Of a stretch of 64,000 bases of DNA, positions 38,046-52,800 are shown in pieces. The notes under the pieces were generated by a model. The model saw only the letters and a list, made by a program, of their open reading frames with translations, ran no database searches and had not been told where the DNA came from. The DNA is taken from assembly GCF_036321535.1 (NCBI RefSeq), contig NC_087436.1, forward strand, positions 8,494,001 through 8,558,000, read 5' to 3'. A program made the position numbers and the translations under genes. This DNA is from Camelus dromedarius (lineage: Eukaryota). The number at the start of each line of letters is the position of its first letter. Positions within the stretch are counted from its first letter, which is position 1.

Positions 38046-40160
38046 CTTCAGTGGATTCAAGTTATTGGCCGATTTAATCTCCATATGCCAATACAGATTT
38101 ATACCTTCCTTTTTTTTCCATTGCCAAACATATTATAGTTCTATGTTATAGAACCAACAATACAGCTACAGCATACTGTCTGATAAAAATTCATTAGTGA
38201 ATCAGTTAAGAGAAAAGGGACCACATATGCATTTATACCATCTTTAATAATTATATAAAAACCATTATTGTGCTGTCAATGTTTTCTTGTAGATTCAAAT
38301 TATGGTTTGGTGACTCATGATTTTATTCTGAAAAACTTCCTTCAGAATTTCTTTTAAGTTAGTTCTTCAAGTAATAAATTCCCTGTTGTGTTTATCTGGG
38401 AATGTTTCATTTTCTCTGTACTATATTTTGTAATATAGTTTTGCTGGATATAAAATTCCTTGTTGTCAGTTATTTTCTTTCAGCATTTCTGACTGTCATA
38501 CTGTCCTCTGGCCTCCGTTGTTTGTCATGATGCATCACTATAATCTTACTGGTGTACCTATAAATGACATGTGATTTTCCTCATGTTGTTTTGAAGTATT
38601 TCTCTTTGTTACTGGTTCCAACACTTTTACCATGACATGCCTGCATGTGGATATTTTTGCATTTGAACTGTTTGGGTTAATGGACCTTCTTAGATATGTA
38701 GGTTAATGTTTTCCATCAAACTTGGGGATTTTCAGCTCTTATTTCCTCAATTCTTTTTCTTCTGTTAATCCCATGATATCTATTTTGATGTGGTTAGTGA
38801 TGTTCCACGTTTACCTTAGACTTTATTCATTTGTCTTTATTCTCTTTTGTCTCTGTCTGCACATTGCATAATCATTGTGAATCCTCTTTCAAGTTCACTG
38901 ATGGTCCTTTCTGTTAATTCAGATCTACTCTTGAACCCCAGCAGTGATGTTTTTTCAGTTGCTGTATTTTCCCACTCCAGAAATCCAGCACTTTTTAAAA
39001 TTTCCATTTCTTTATTGATATTCTCTCTTTGATAGGACATTGTTACTATCTTTTCCTTTGCTTCTTTTTTTTTAAGCAGAGTTTCCATTCTTTTTTTTTT
39101 TAAGTGTTTATAATGGCTGCTTTGAACTCTTTGCCTGTTCAATGCAACAGTTGGGGTCACTCAAAAGCAGTTTCTGTTGCTTGCTTGTTCCTCCTTTTTT
39201 ATGAGACACATTTTCTTTTTTTTTTTTTGTATGTACAGTTTTTTGTTGTTTTTTGAAACAAGATATTTTAGGTAATATATTGTAGCAAGTCCATATACCC
39301 CCAGTAGAACTTCTTGTTTGCTTGCTTATTTGTTTAGTGAATTTACTAGACTGTTAGAGTGAAATACAGTCCCCCCATACAGTTTGAAGCCTTTGATTCC
39401 TCTACACAGAGGGTGTGGCCTTTAGAATTTCCACAAACATCCTGGAATAACATTGGTTTTAGCAAGGCTCTGTTTGACTCTTTCTTTGCCTGATCTCGGT
39501 GTTAATCTGTCTGTCTCTGTTCTATCACACTAAGCTATTAGACTCCATTGATTGCTGGCTGAACCCACTATTGTTGCAATAAACCTTGGGGTCAACTTGT
39601 TCAATAGTTGCTCAAATTAAATTCAGGATATTTTGCAGAGGTAGTTTTTGATGCTCATCTTTGTGGTTTGTTCTGAACTCCAGAGGGCTCTTCTTAGCTG
39701 TTTCTTTCTCTGGTTCTCTCTAGTAAACTTGCTGGCCTACAGTTTACTTTGTTAATTGTATGTGGAGCTCTCAGCCTTTACTTAATTGTTTACAGTAAAA
39801 AATCTTTATTGTTTTTAAGAGTGCTCTTTGACCCCAATTTCTTCACCCTCTGTTTCAAATAAAGTCAGTTCTTTTGTGGGTAATTTTGGAGCTATCTGTT
39901 CTCATGGCCTCCTTCTCCTCCTGTGCTAAATATCTGGTTACTGCTCTGAAACCGGGGGTGGGGATGGTACCCACCTTTCTCTGGGTGACACCAGGCAAGT
40001 GTTCTTGAATTCTCTCTCCTTGCCAGAAACTCCAAATTGCAAATGAGTTGAGGCAAATTCGAACAAGGCTCCAGTATTTTCAGCTAGTCCAGACTAGTGT
40101 AGGTTCTCTGCCCTATGACTGGACAGCTGTGGACATCCAGTGCTTTTGTTCCATACATCA
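38045..40160 (-). mobile_element. Old L1 ORF1/5' region, degenerate
   Basis: ORF 38837-39160 resembles the ORF1p coiled coil ('QRENINKEMEILK...SRSELTERTISELE'). Confidence 0.7.
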
Positions 40161-41629
40161 GGGACTACCCATTTCATAATGTATAATGTAAGTCATACAG
40201 TAATTTTGTCCAACATGATAAAGAGTTTAGTCTCTGCTCACGGTCAGTCATAAACCAGAAGCTACCTTTCAACTGAAGAAACTTTTCTAGCCGAATATGA
40301 TACGTATGTACTCTGAAATCATTAGCACTTACTCAAGCTTCTTTTCCAAGCTTCTTCCACCACTAGGGTGACAGGCTTAATACAAACTTAGTGGTGAGCC
40401 ACCTTATAATGCAACTCAGATCTTGTGTGAATCAAATGAACACCTATCCTCTTATTAAATAATGCTTATTTAATATGTTTTATAATAATATTAAGCTCTG
40501 AAATGTGAACGTGCTTATCTTAAGGTCTACAGGTGACTGCACCCTGCATCTTACTAAATAGTTGAATTCTACACACTTCCCATAATATAACTTTCCCCAC
40601 AAAGCTCTGTGCTCTGTGTATTTGTCCTAGACATGGACTAGTACACATATCTTGACTTTTTTTTAACAAATTAAAAGACTATATAATAATAATAATGGGT
40701 TTATAGGAACAAATTCTAAAGGGATTTAAAAGTGGTAACTACTTTAAAGAGAAAAAATTCAGCCTGGAAATTTTCAAAAATACAATTTCTAAATAGCATG
40801 CCTAGCACTTCAAGTATAATACATTTATTTATTTTTCTATTATAATTTTTTAAACAGTATGAATTTCTTGGATGGTTGTACTCAGTAAAAATAATGATAA
40901 CTATTATTAGCAAAAATAGAAACTTAATAATGGAAGGGGAGAGTGAATATAGTTGGATAACACAGTGAAAAGTTTTATGCACAATATGTAAGAGGAAGAT
41001 AAATCAAAGGTAATTTATATCATGTTGGAATTTGGGAGAAGGATAAATGCATCAAACAGTTAATAGAAATTTTAATAAAATTGTAGTTACTTTCAACAAT
41101 GAGTGATGTACTTTTGATTTGATGAATTCATCTCAAAACATAAATACAAATTAGCCCCAAAAATACTGATATTTTTCTGAGAGACTAAGTCTACAACATC
41201 TTTTATTTATTTCATATAAATATGCTTGTTGCAGCAAGACTAATATAAAAAAAGACAATCTGCTTCTACAAATAGCTAAAGTATAATGTATATTAATTTA
41301 GAGTTTAATTATATATGAAAGGGATTAATCTTTAACATAACAAACATCATGCTTAGACAAGCAATTACATTTAATTTGAGACAGCAAATATTTAAAAAAA
41401 GACATCATCTATCCAAATGTTCATTATGTCGATTAATTCTAATACTTTAGAGAATTAGAGGGTGTTAAATAGGAATCACCTGCCTGAATTATGCTACTTT
41501 CAATTATCATATGTGAATAACATTCAAGGCATACATTTTTGCCATAATGATTTGAAATTCTCAGTTAAACATACGTGCTATAGAGTTGAAAAACTTGAAT
41601 CTAGTTAAAATAGCAATTCAGTCATCTCC

Positions 41630-42120
41630 CACATTTTTATTTACCATCTAATACGTGCCTACCACGTACCAAGCCCTTTTCTGGATGTGGTATAAAGAAA
41701 ACAGACAAAAATCCCTGCTTCCATTTGGCTGCATAACGTGTATGTGTTGGATGGATTTATAGAGATAACAAACAGACGGTAAATTATATAGAACGTTAGA
41801 TGCCAATTTAGTTATGGACACGAGAATCTGCAAAAGTGATGGAATAGGCACATCCTGGAAGATGATGTCAAATTTTGAATAGGGAAGTGAGGAAATCTCA
41901 CTGGCAAGCAGACCTCTGAAAAAGAGACAATTCCTAAGACTATCTGGGAATAAGCCCTCCAGGTAGAGGAAACTGTCAGAAGTGGTCTTTCAAAGGAAAA
42001 GAAAGGCACTGATGATTGGAGATGAATGGATGTGAAAAAAAAGTGCTGGTGTGATGATCGGGTGATCAGAAAGCTAATGGGACTCTACAGCATGCAGTTT
42101 CATGCAGACAATTTGAGAAA
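41630..42120 (-). mobile_element. L2 LINE fragment
   Basis: 'cgtgcctaccacgtaccaagccc...aaacagacaaaaatccctgctt...gtgaggaaatctcactg'. Confidence 0.6.
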
Positions 42121-43760
42121 GTCCCAGGATCTAGAAGAACAGACGGCTACCACTGCCCACCCACTACCCTGCTCATAAAACTGGAAGATCATTTCCAGAG
42201 TGGGGAGCAACTACTTCCAACACCAGCTCCAGACCTGCGGCTCAGTATTTCACAGATCATAAGAACAGGGGAGAGGCAGATCATAACAACAGAGGGAAGC
42301 AGACCTCTTCTCATTAAATTCTGACTTGACTTTTGTACAGAGTGTGAAGAAACTTAAACCTGAGGGCTCTCTTAAAAACAATAGAGATTTTGGTGGTAAT
42401 CAAATAAGACGAAGCTGGTAGCTATATATACGTAACAAGCTAAAACACAGGTAGCTAATTTTTCAGAGGTAACCAGGAAAAGACACAGGACAGAAAACCA
42501 GGCCATAACAAACCCCTAAGGCAGGCCTCAAAACCGTCCCTGCAGCAGAGTCACTTTAAGTGGAGCGGACTGGGGCAACTCATCTCCCAGGGCATTGTTG
42601 AAACAATATCAGATTCAGCTGGGAATTAGTGGAGCCTGACAGCTCCGTGTAATGCCAACAGAGACAGACAGCCCGACAGAGAGATCAGGCAAAGAAACAG
42701 TCAACGCAAAGCCTGCTAAAACAGCGTCGTCACAGAGTGACTGTGCACACGTCCAGTGCTGCCCTCCCTGGGGATCGACTTCGGTCGTCACACTGTGGGC
42801 AGTCTGTACTTTACTGCATCTGTCCAGCCAAGTCAGTAAACACATGAAACAGTGAACAACAAGAACAGCTAGCCTAGGGCGGGAGAGCAGATAGCTAGAC
42901 TTGATGTTATCTAAAATGTGACTGTTTTCAACAAAAAGCTATGGTACATCCATAGAAACAGGAAAGTGTGTCTCAAACAAAAGGATACACCAGAAACTGC
43001 CTACTCAGTGATTCAGTTGTTGAATTTATAGGCAAAGTCCTCAAAGCAGCCACTGTAAGTGGGATCAAAGAAAGAATGGACATAATTCTTAAAGAGCAAA
43101 GGAAGGTATGATGATATAATGCCTTATTGAGTACAGAATATAAATTAAATGCTAGAATTGATTTGAACTAAACAAATAAAAATCCTGGAGTTGAGAATTT
43201 CAATAAAGGAAAGTAAAAATTTGCTAGACTGGTTCCACGGTAAATTAGGATTGACAGATGAAAGAATCAACCAACTTGAAGACAGACGGGGACATGAAAC
43301 CCAAAGAAAAGAGAGGCAAAGAATAAAAAGAATGCACTAAGCTTCAGAGAAGCATGTGATACTATTTATTAATCATAACAGTATACACAAAATGAGTATG
43401 GCAGAGGAAGACGGACAGAGAGAGGGAAAAAAAGTGATTTTAAAATGATTAATTGCCAAACACATGCAAACATAATGAAAAGCAATAATCTACATGTCAA
43501 AGAAGCTCAATAATGACCAAGTTGTTGAAACAAAAAGAAATCCAAACCCAGATATATAATAGCAAAAATACTGAAAGACAGATTTTGAAAGCAGCATGTC
43601 ACGTATATGAGAATCCTAGGGAATCCACATTTTCATCAGAAAAAAAAATGAAGGCTGAAAGTTAATGGGATAATATGTTCAAATTGCTAAAAACAATATC
43701 AACAACAAAACCCCCCAAAAACTTGCAGTCAAGAATCTTATATCTGGCATCCTGTCTCTG
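42120..43760 (+). mobile_element. Old L1 5' UTR/ORF1, degenerate
   Basis: ORF1-like text 'aaatcctggagttgagaa...gaaagaatcaaccaacttgaagacaga...agaagctcaa...caagaatcttatatctggca'. Confidence 0.7.
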
Positions 43761-45944
43761 TGAAATATAATGGCTTTTTTGTACAGTATATTTTACAATA
43801 TTTTACAGTAATGTGCAGCTGGTGAATTAGCAAAGTTCTAACCATTGTTCTTTTATACAAGACTTCAGTAACGATGAAATTCTCAATGTTTTGAAACTTG
43901 TGTTCAAGTTCATAATTAAATTTTGTTGATGAATATTACTGTTGAGATGTGTGCTTTTCCAGTTACTAATGGAGTATATCATTTATTAAATGCAAACAAA
44001 CAAAGCCATGCTCACATGTTTTGGTTAAGATTTAGCCGTCGAGGGGAACGGGGAAGGTTACCGTGACTCAAGACTGGAGGTACAAATTTCTATAGCGTGA
44101 CTTTCAGATCATATTTCAGTGCATGAAGTTTCCAAGGAGAGGCATATGATGCTAGAGCGGGTTTGGAATAAAAGTGAAAATAGATTTTTGATAAATCTAA
44201 ATGGTAGATGTGTAGACAAGTGGCGTTAGAAGTGGCCCCTAATGAGTTCTTATGGTTGTAACATTGGGGTGTCCGTTTTCATCTCATTTTAAAGTTGTAT
44301 TAATTTGTATGATAGCCATATTCTTCTCAAATTTTTTTCTCACTTAAAAATTTACATAATGTGACAAGCTGTCAGAGATGATTAAATGTATTGTTTCATC
44401 CTGTAAAATCTTAAATACTTAATGTGAAATCCAGTCAAGTTCACTTATTTTTTTTAAAGGAAAACACTGAGAAGAACTTCTGAGTGGGAGGCATAAAGGT
44501 GAGAGGTTTCTAAAATTGCACTTTAAAAAAAAATTGCTTCTACTTTACATCATTAAAAAGAGGTGGAACAACACCTGAAAATTGTACTGGTTTGCTCCAC
44601 ATGATGACACATCTCTGGAAATCAGTTCCATTGCCCAGGATTCTCATTTCATTTGTCCTTTATCGAAATCCTCCTCCTCTCACCTAAGTCTGCTGCTTTG
44701 CTGGTTTCCCTCTTTTTATCACTGATGTCATATTTGAGACCTGTTCTGTTTGTCTCTTTTTATCATCCACATTTATTCAGTTATTATTTTAGGTTATGTA
44801 GTTTCTTAACACTGTCTGTCTTATAATACATACTTGCCATTTAATTGTCATGTATTAAAGACCTTAAACTTACATTTTTTTTGCAGTAGCCTCCTGAGTG
44901 ACATCTCTTGCTCTAATTTCCCTTTCCTGCAGTCATATCTCCATTCCATTGGCAAATAATACATTTTAAAAGTGCTGTTGTCACTGCCTTTTAAAAACAA
45001 ATTATTGTTGAGTTCCGATTATCTGGACTAAATCCAAACTCTTTAAGTTCACTCTCCACTTCCCTCCCTCCAAAATCCAATCATAATCCATTTTTCCTGA
45101 ATTATCAGTATCATCTTCTTTACATACATATTTACCTTTTCCAGTCAGTTTTGCTCAAGGACCTCCCCACATCTTATTTCCACCCTTGGTTCTGCCCCTT
45201 TTCTAATTTCATTCCTTCATAGCTATCACAAAATTATCACTAATTTTACAGTAAAAAAAATCATTTCACACGTTTTTGTTATCACTTCACTACTTTCTTC
45301 TGCCTATTAAAAATTGACTCTTTGATATTAGAACTTTTTAGAGCAGTGACCTCATCATTTTATCCTAGTTTTTCTTGACTTTCAGTTTTTACACATCCTC
45401 ACGATACTGATGAGATCATTATTTGCAACATACTTTTATCAAGATGTGTATAGAGTAATGTTGATAGCCCACATGCCATCTCTTACTCTTTTTCCCATCA
45501 TTGAAGAAAGAAATATCTACTCTAGAAAATATTGTACAGTAATATTACATTTCCTTCTTTTTTAAAGAATCACAAATGTCAATATTTTAAATATTACAAT
45601 AATTTTTTAAAAATGGCTCCATATTTGTATGGCTGTCAATGTAAAGATGTAGAAAGAAAAGGATTTGAGTCTACTTTTAGTATTCCATTCCGACATTCAT
45701 TCCTTTAACACGCGAGAAGTGATTCTAAAGAAATAGACACTTTACAGGGATAGATATCTTGCTTTAAACATGAAGACATACAGTGACTCAATGATAGAGT
45801 AAAACAAACTAAATTATTTTCTTGATTGAGCTCACATTACCTGCCCTTTACTGTATCCCATCACTTTCAAAATAAGGCAGACCACTGGAAGGAAAAACAG
45901 AAGGAAACATCGGAATGCGCGTTAAAAGACTGACGGAACGCTCA

Positions 45945-47797
45945 CGGGTTAAAATGTAAGAAGTTTATTCTTTTATCAAGCAATGTCTACAGACAGAGCA
46001 TCCACGTAGTGTAAGCTACCAAAGGAGGGTGTTTGAGACAGACTTCCATTAAATCATTAGGGCACAGACACTGCAGATGGTGCATGTTCACAAAGGAGAA
46101 ACTTGCTAAAAAGGAAAGCAGAGAAGTAGAAACGTAAGCTGATTTCTGTTGTTTTTTACATCTCCTCCCATTATATGTCCTTAAGCTAAGAAGAAATCTA
46201 CTGTATCACACAGCTCAGGATGCTATATACACATAAGATATGACACACTAGAAAAGTTCAGGTTTCTAAGCAGTTTTACACAACCTTGAGTAAAATTTGT
46301 ATTAAAAAAAGACCTTACTGGATTACCTTCAATAAATGGAGGTCATTTCAACAGCTCATTAGCATTTTTAGCAACAATAACAAAAAACATAAACAAAAAG
46401 ATTCTCAAAACATGTAAGCTATCATTTAAAGCCTGTATAATTATCTGCTTATTGCAATGAACCTACTCGCTAGTTTTAATCCACTTCTACTGGCCTTTTC
46501 TTTGCCCTGAAAAAGAGAAACAATCATTTTTAGCTCTATGCAGTGTCTCAAATAAGAAGATCAGTTAGGTTTCAAACTACACACAGTCAGCGAGAGTCAT
46601 TTAAGGATTATGTAGGAGTCAAACAGAAGTCATTTAGGAAAGTTAATAAAGAAGGGGGTCCTTTGTTGGGTGATATTTAAACAGCAGTGGCAATGAAGAA
46701 GCACATCCTTCCTCACCACTGTGGCGCTGTCCCCCGACTCCCAGGTTCTAACGCGCATCCTCCTAACCCGCTGATGCTCGTCAGTCCTCTAGCCAGTTTT
46801 CTTCTCCCGGTTGTTAATTTCCCTATTTGGTTTACTCTAAGCAGACATAAATAATGCTTCTTTTTTTTTTTGAAATGAAAGTTCCTGCCGATGCAACACT
46901 GGACTACCTGAAAGGAAAAAAAAAAATCTCTTCTGCTAACAGCAGACAATCTTAAGTAGCTGACATCCCAGACAAACTTGCATTAAAAATATAATGCGCT
47001 CTTGTGATCGAAAGCAAGGTTTGAGTGGACAGTACTTTGCAAACATTTTCCCATAATTGTTTTCCTCCCTTCCTCCCCATTTTCCATAGCATGCTGCAGA
47101 TTGTACAGTGACTGTCAAATAGAGTTTGTCACCTGTGTACAACCTAAGGCCAATTTATGTCTTCAACTGATAGCTCATTGAGGGTTGAACACATGACCCA
47201 AGCCTGGGTTTGGTGCAAAAGATGCTAGACTTTGCTAGACTTTTCTCTTTTATTGACAAGATATTTATGGGTATGCAGGTGTTCAATATGCAGCTTTTAG
47301 CCTTCCTTTTCCTCCTGTGACATTCCCTTCAAGGCACAAAAGATTATAAACAGTGGATGGGACAGAATTTTTTGATTTAAGAATTTCAAGGTTCCATACC
47401 TTTTATTTCTGGTTTAAGCATAGCAAAATAATGGAGAAAAAAAAATAGCTAAACCACCCTCAGAATGAAATGGTGCTTAAAGTCATTTGAAATTCCCTGC
47501 AGTTGAGTTATTCTGGAGTATTTAAATTTCTAGTTTATTGGCTTAAACATAGCTATAGATTTGATTCTTGTCATTGATATGGTTTCCCAATAAATATTGT
47601 GTTAAATGTTTCTAATCAACCAATAGTACTAATTGTGTATGTCTTTGCCAGAAAACAATGTCTATTTTATTTGGGCCGACCAAGTAACTTATGTTTGACT
47701 CGGCTATAAACTTGAAAAGTTAAGCTGTAAATTGAAACAACGGATTAAGTGCAGCGTACTGGAAAACCCTTCATTCAGTGGTTATTTACCAGCACTC
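45945..47797 (-). other. FSTL5: FSTL5 3' UTR (long isoform, inferred)
   Basis: Repeat-free stretch directly after the TAG stop, ending ~20 nt past a minus-strand AATAAA; length agrees with my recollection of the human UTR. Confidence 0.65.
45964..45969 (-). terminator. Distal polyadenylation signal AATAAA
   Basis: Plus-strand 'tttatt', followed on the minus strand by GU/U-rich sequence ('gtcagtctttt...gatgtttccttctgtttttcc'). Confidence 0.7.
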
Positions 47798-48661
<864 letters not shown>

Positions 48662-48933
48662 TCACGATCGTGTTGGAATTCATTTGAAACTGTGCTGCCC
48701 GCCTTCTTCCTCTAGGTCACCCTTTCATTACAGCCAAACAATTATAACTCGTGCTGTAGAAAGCAAAATAATTAAAAGCGATAGATCTAGTTAATTGGAA
48801 CAACGAATTTTTACTTTTACCATAGAGGGTAAACAAGGAAACATGATTTTGCTTTTCTCTAAACTTTTTGATATTGAATAAGCTTAGTTAACTACTAGAA
48901 AAGCCAGCAAGAATAAATGTCTTGAGCATAAGA

Positions 48934-49078
48934 GGGGAGGGTGTGGCTCAGTGGTAGAGTGCGTGCTTAGCAGGCACTGAGGTCTTGGGTTCAATCCCCA
49001 ACACCTCCATTAAATAAATACATAAATAAACCTAATTACCTCCCCTTCAAAATTTTTCAAAAATTAAAAAAAAAAAAA
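48934..49078 (+). mobile_element. tRNA-derived camelid SINE (Vic-1-like), intronic, antisense to FSTL5
   Basis: 'ggggagggtgtggctcagtggtagag...gggttcaatcccc...cctaattacctcccc' plus A tail. Confidence 0.9.
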
Positions 49079-49780
49079 CTTGTATCTCTTTCACTAACTT
49101 CATTTGCTTCTTATATTTTTTATGACTATCAAATAAATCTGACATCACTATTTAGATAACTGTCCATAATTTCTCATTTTAATTAGCCTCACTACCTCAA
49201 TAGATGCAGATTTTGGAGGGGTACAGAACTATTAGACTTCTGTTTATTACATTTTAGGATCACCTTGATTAACTATCTTTATGATTTTAACATTTATTTT
49301 ATTATAAATTTTAAATACAAGTTAAAATTTTCATCCTTGTCCTGGTAATATTGTTATCATTTTTAATGATATATCTGCATTGTCTTGGTTACCTTATAAT
49401 GAACAATGATGAACTTTGGAAATTTATGGCATTTTTCCATTTAAGTCAATTTAAAAATAAATATATATTTTTAATGTGTTGGTGGTCTCTTTAATTACTT
49501 CAGCGCTTTTCATAGCATTTGTCCTGAATGCCACCTGTAAATTATCAGAAGTCTCTGTGACAAGGATGAATATATTTTGCATTCAGTGTAACAGCTCCTT
49601 AAAATTTCAAATATAAGCATCTGGTAAACTTAAAATATAAATAAACTCAGACCTTTAATATTGTAGAAAAAATAAGAAGAATGTTCTCCAAAAATCAATC
49701 TTGTGTTGGAATTGTGGAAGACATCAAATGCAGAAGCACAAATGTTTTACTAAAATAGACATAAGACTATAACTGCTTCT

Positions 49781-49841
49781 TGAAATTAACACATTGTAAA
49801 TTACCTATACTTCAATCGAAAAATTTTAGAAAGTAAAAAGA
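49781..49841 (+). mobile_element. 61-bp L1 3' stub with 18-bp TSD
   Basis: 'tgaaattaacacattgtaaattacctatacttcaat' plus A-rich tail; TSD aagact(a/g)taactgcttct at 49763-80 and 49842-59. Confidence 0.8.
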
Positions 49842-52800
49842 AAGACTGTAACTGCTTCTATATCATTATATTGCATATAATTACAAAATCATATTATAGT
49901 TTATATATGTTTGAATATTTGTCAAGAGATTCTTTGTTGTCATTAGAGAGAGTGCGAATTCTTCCATATAAAAGAAAAACTACTCCTTTAAAAATATTTT
50001 TAAAATATTTATTGAACAACTACTAGGATCCTTTCATTATGCCAAACAGACAGGTTTCACCTATTATAAGGCACCAGGAATATATTGTAGAGCAAAATTA
50101 CTCACCCTGCTTTCAATGGGTCTACATATTTTGAATGATTAAAAAAACTGAAAAACTGTTAGGGATTAATGCTTAATTATAGGATTCTGCTAAACTAGTA
50201 CTGACTTTGTAACTATTACTTTTACTATATATACTTGAAATGGAAGAAGGTAATTATTGTGAAAATAATCATTCTAGTGTATTTCAGAATGACATGGGCC
50301 ATTTCTGGCTGATTTCCTGGACCTTTCTCTTTTCTTGTGTCCTTTCAGTAAACAAAACTCACGCTCTACTTTTTCAGGATAAAATTTCAGCCCTGATTAC
50401 AATCGTATGAAGAGACATTTATATTGTTAACAAACACTTCTAAATGTCCCCATTAAAATTTTAATACCTAGTGTAGGTATTAAATGCTACCTGGATGTCA
50501 AAAACTAAGAAGGAAAAAAGACCCTCAAATTGAAAACTGAATCCTATTATTTTTTGTGTATCAGAATCAAAAATATAAAATTCTAAATATCATCACCCAT
50601 TCTCATACTTGTGTTGGTAAATCATGAACTTGGACTCTAGGAAAGAATGTTTCTCCATCCATTGACAGTCCTTATGGATAGGCAAGTGTGTAGACGTATG
50701 ATGGTGGCTGGTATCCTTGACAGAATTACGAATGATGATGGAAGATATTGTCTTCTTTCTGTTATACACTGTATGTGTGCTCAGGGGCAAAAACAGTAAT
50801 GTGCACATTTAATAGAAGCCGTAAGCCAATCAAGGTTTGGCATTTCAGCTCTCCTCTTAACTGCACATCCTCTCCTCCCATCAGGCAATGGTTTTTGAAT
50901 GCTAAAGAGGAAGAAAGAGGCATGCTCAAACTACTCTCGAACTATTTTAACTGATGCTGAAGAATGTACTCAAGTTTTCTGTGATACCATCCAGCCTCTT
51001 TTGGAGGTAATTAAATTTTTTAAAAATTGGTTCAGTTGAAAACGCAAAAGCTCCATGGGGGGTGATCAAATTACATCCATGTTGGCATCCGCACTGTAGG
51101 CTCCTGCAGGACTCGAGATCTGGCTATATAAGCAGATGCACTGAGGACGCCTGCAATTTTTCACTACTGATTTATTGGGCAGGAAGTGGTGTCTCTAATT
51201 CAGAATTTCCCCCTAGTACAGACTGATATTCAGAAGTCTCCCACTGTTCATTAGTCTGTGATTAATATTTACGAGGCTCTCAACTTTCATGCCTGCTTAG
51301 TATAATAAAATCCTGCATGGTACTAGGTCTAACATAGTTTGTCTAATATTTGTCAGGCCGTGTCTAGGAAGATGCAGACTATGAGAAATGAGAGAGTGGA
51401 AACGTATTCTTGAAATTCCTTCTTTTCGTAGGGATGTAAAGCAATGCAGAAAGTTCAACCTCTCAGCACGGCACTGTGTGGATTTGTTTTTAGGTTTGGT
51501 GAGGAGGGGAGAGTGTTTTTCAGATAACTTGTTTTGGAGGAAATAGGGGTTTTCAATCTGGGCTGATTTAGTTTAATGATCCATTATTTTTTTTTATATA
51601 TAATAAATATATATATATATATAATAAATATGTGACCTTATAGAAAGTCCTTGACATCCATGAGTTTCAATTTCCTCATCAGCAGGAAGAGGATAAAAAT
51701 ATCTTGTTTTGCAGATGAGAGGGAATGTGTGTTTATTACCAAGAAAACAGTACATTCATAATAAACAGAAATTGTCCACACTTCACACCTTAAATATCAT
51801 CATTTTCCTATTATATAGCAAATACTATATTTCCTGTGAGAAAACAGGTAACAGAATCTGTGGATGAAAAAAGAAAAATGACCAAATTGTCTTTGTAGCC
51901 AGTATTCCCACAATGCTAAAAATCAGCAGACAGGATTACCCAAATATGATGAGATTTATTCATTTGGGAATTCAATAGAGATCACGTGGACAATAGAAAT
52001 TCACATTTTTATTCTTGCTCTTGCTTGTATCTACAGGATCTATGCCCAGTCCACAGCTTTGGCCAATCACCAAATTGTACCTGTTGTTAGGAACAAAAAC
52101 TGCCTAACCCTAGCCCTTACTGATACTCAGTTCTTACTGAGGGCATGGAGCAGTAAGCCGTGGAGTGCTGGGGGAATCTGAGCTCTGCACACATGCTGGA
52201 ATTTGGAATCCATCCATACCTGTCTTATTCAAGGATTTTCAGTAAAAGTAACAGAACATTTTGCGGCTGACTTTGGGACCTGGATCTCTCAGGACCTGGA
52301 GAGCTCCAGTCAGAGTGGATGTCACAGCAAAGGAAGCAATTTGGCAGAGAGGGGAAAAGGACAAATATTTAAAGGGAAGCATGATTGAAACCCTGTGAAG
52401 TCTAATAAAGGGCAGCTGGTCAGAGACGTCCACATCCCACAAGACCAGGCTACAGTTCTTGCACTGGAGGAATCAATGACTTCCTCAGATATTTCCCTGG
52501 ACATTCGCCAGATAGATCTGGTCACATAAAGTCTCCCCAAGCACTGTTTCAGGCACTCACCCCATGCCATCTACCACGTTATTCTGCTTCTGTTTTGCCT
52601 TCTAATCTATCACCCGAGATGCTACTGAAGGAATCCCATCCTTTCAATTAATGACCTGTACTAATTTGCCATGATCGGTGTGCCAAGGGTCACAACGCCC
52701 CAAAACTGAAGAGTGAAAGAAGATCCTAAGATTTGCAGAGAAACAATTATTTTTATCTCCTGAGTCTTAATACAGTACTGCCTCTCCCCAGAGTCCACAC

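Noticed and set aside
47223..47242. 10-nt tandem duplication (tgctagactt x2) in the 3' UTR
   Set aside because: Ordinary slippage-type duplication with no evident function.
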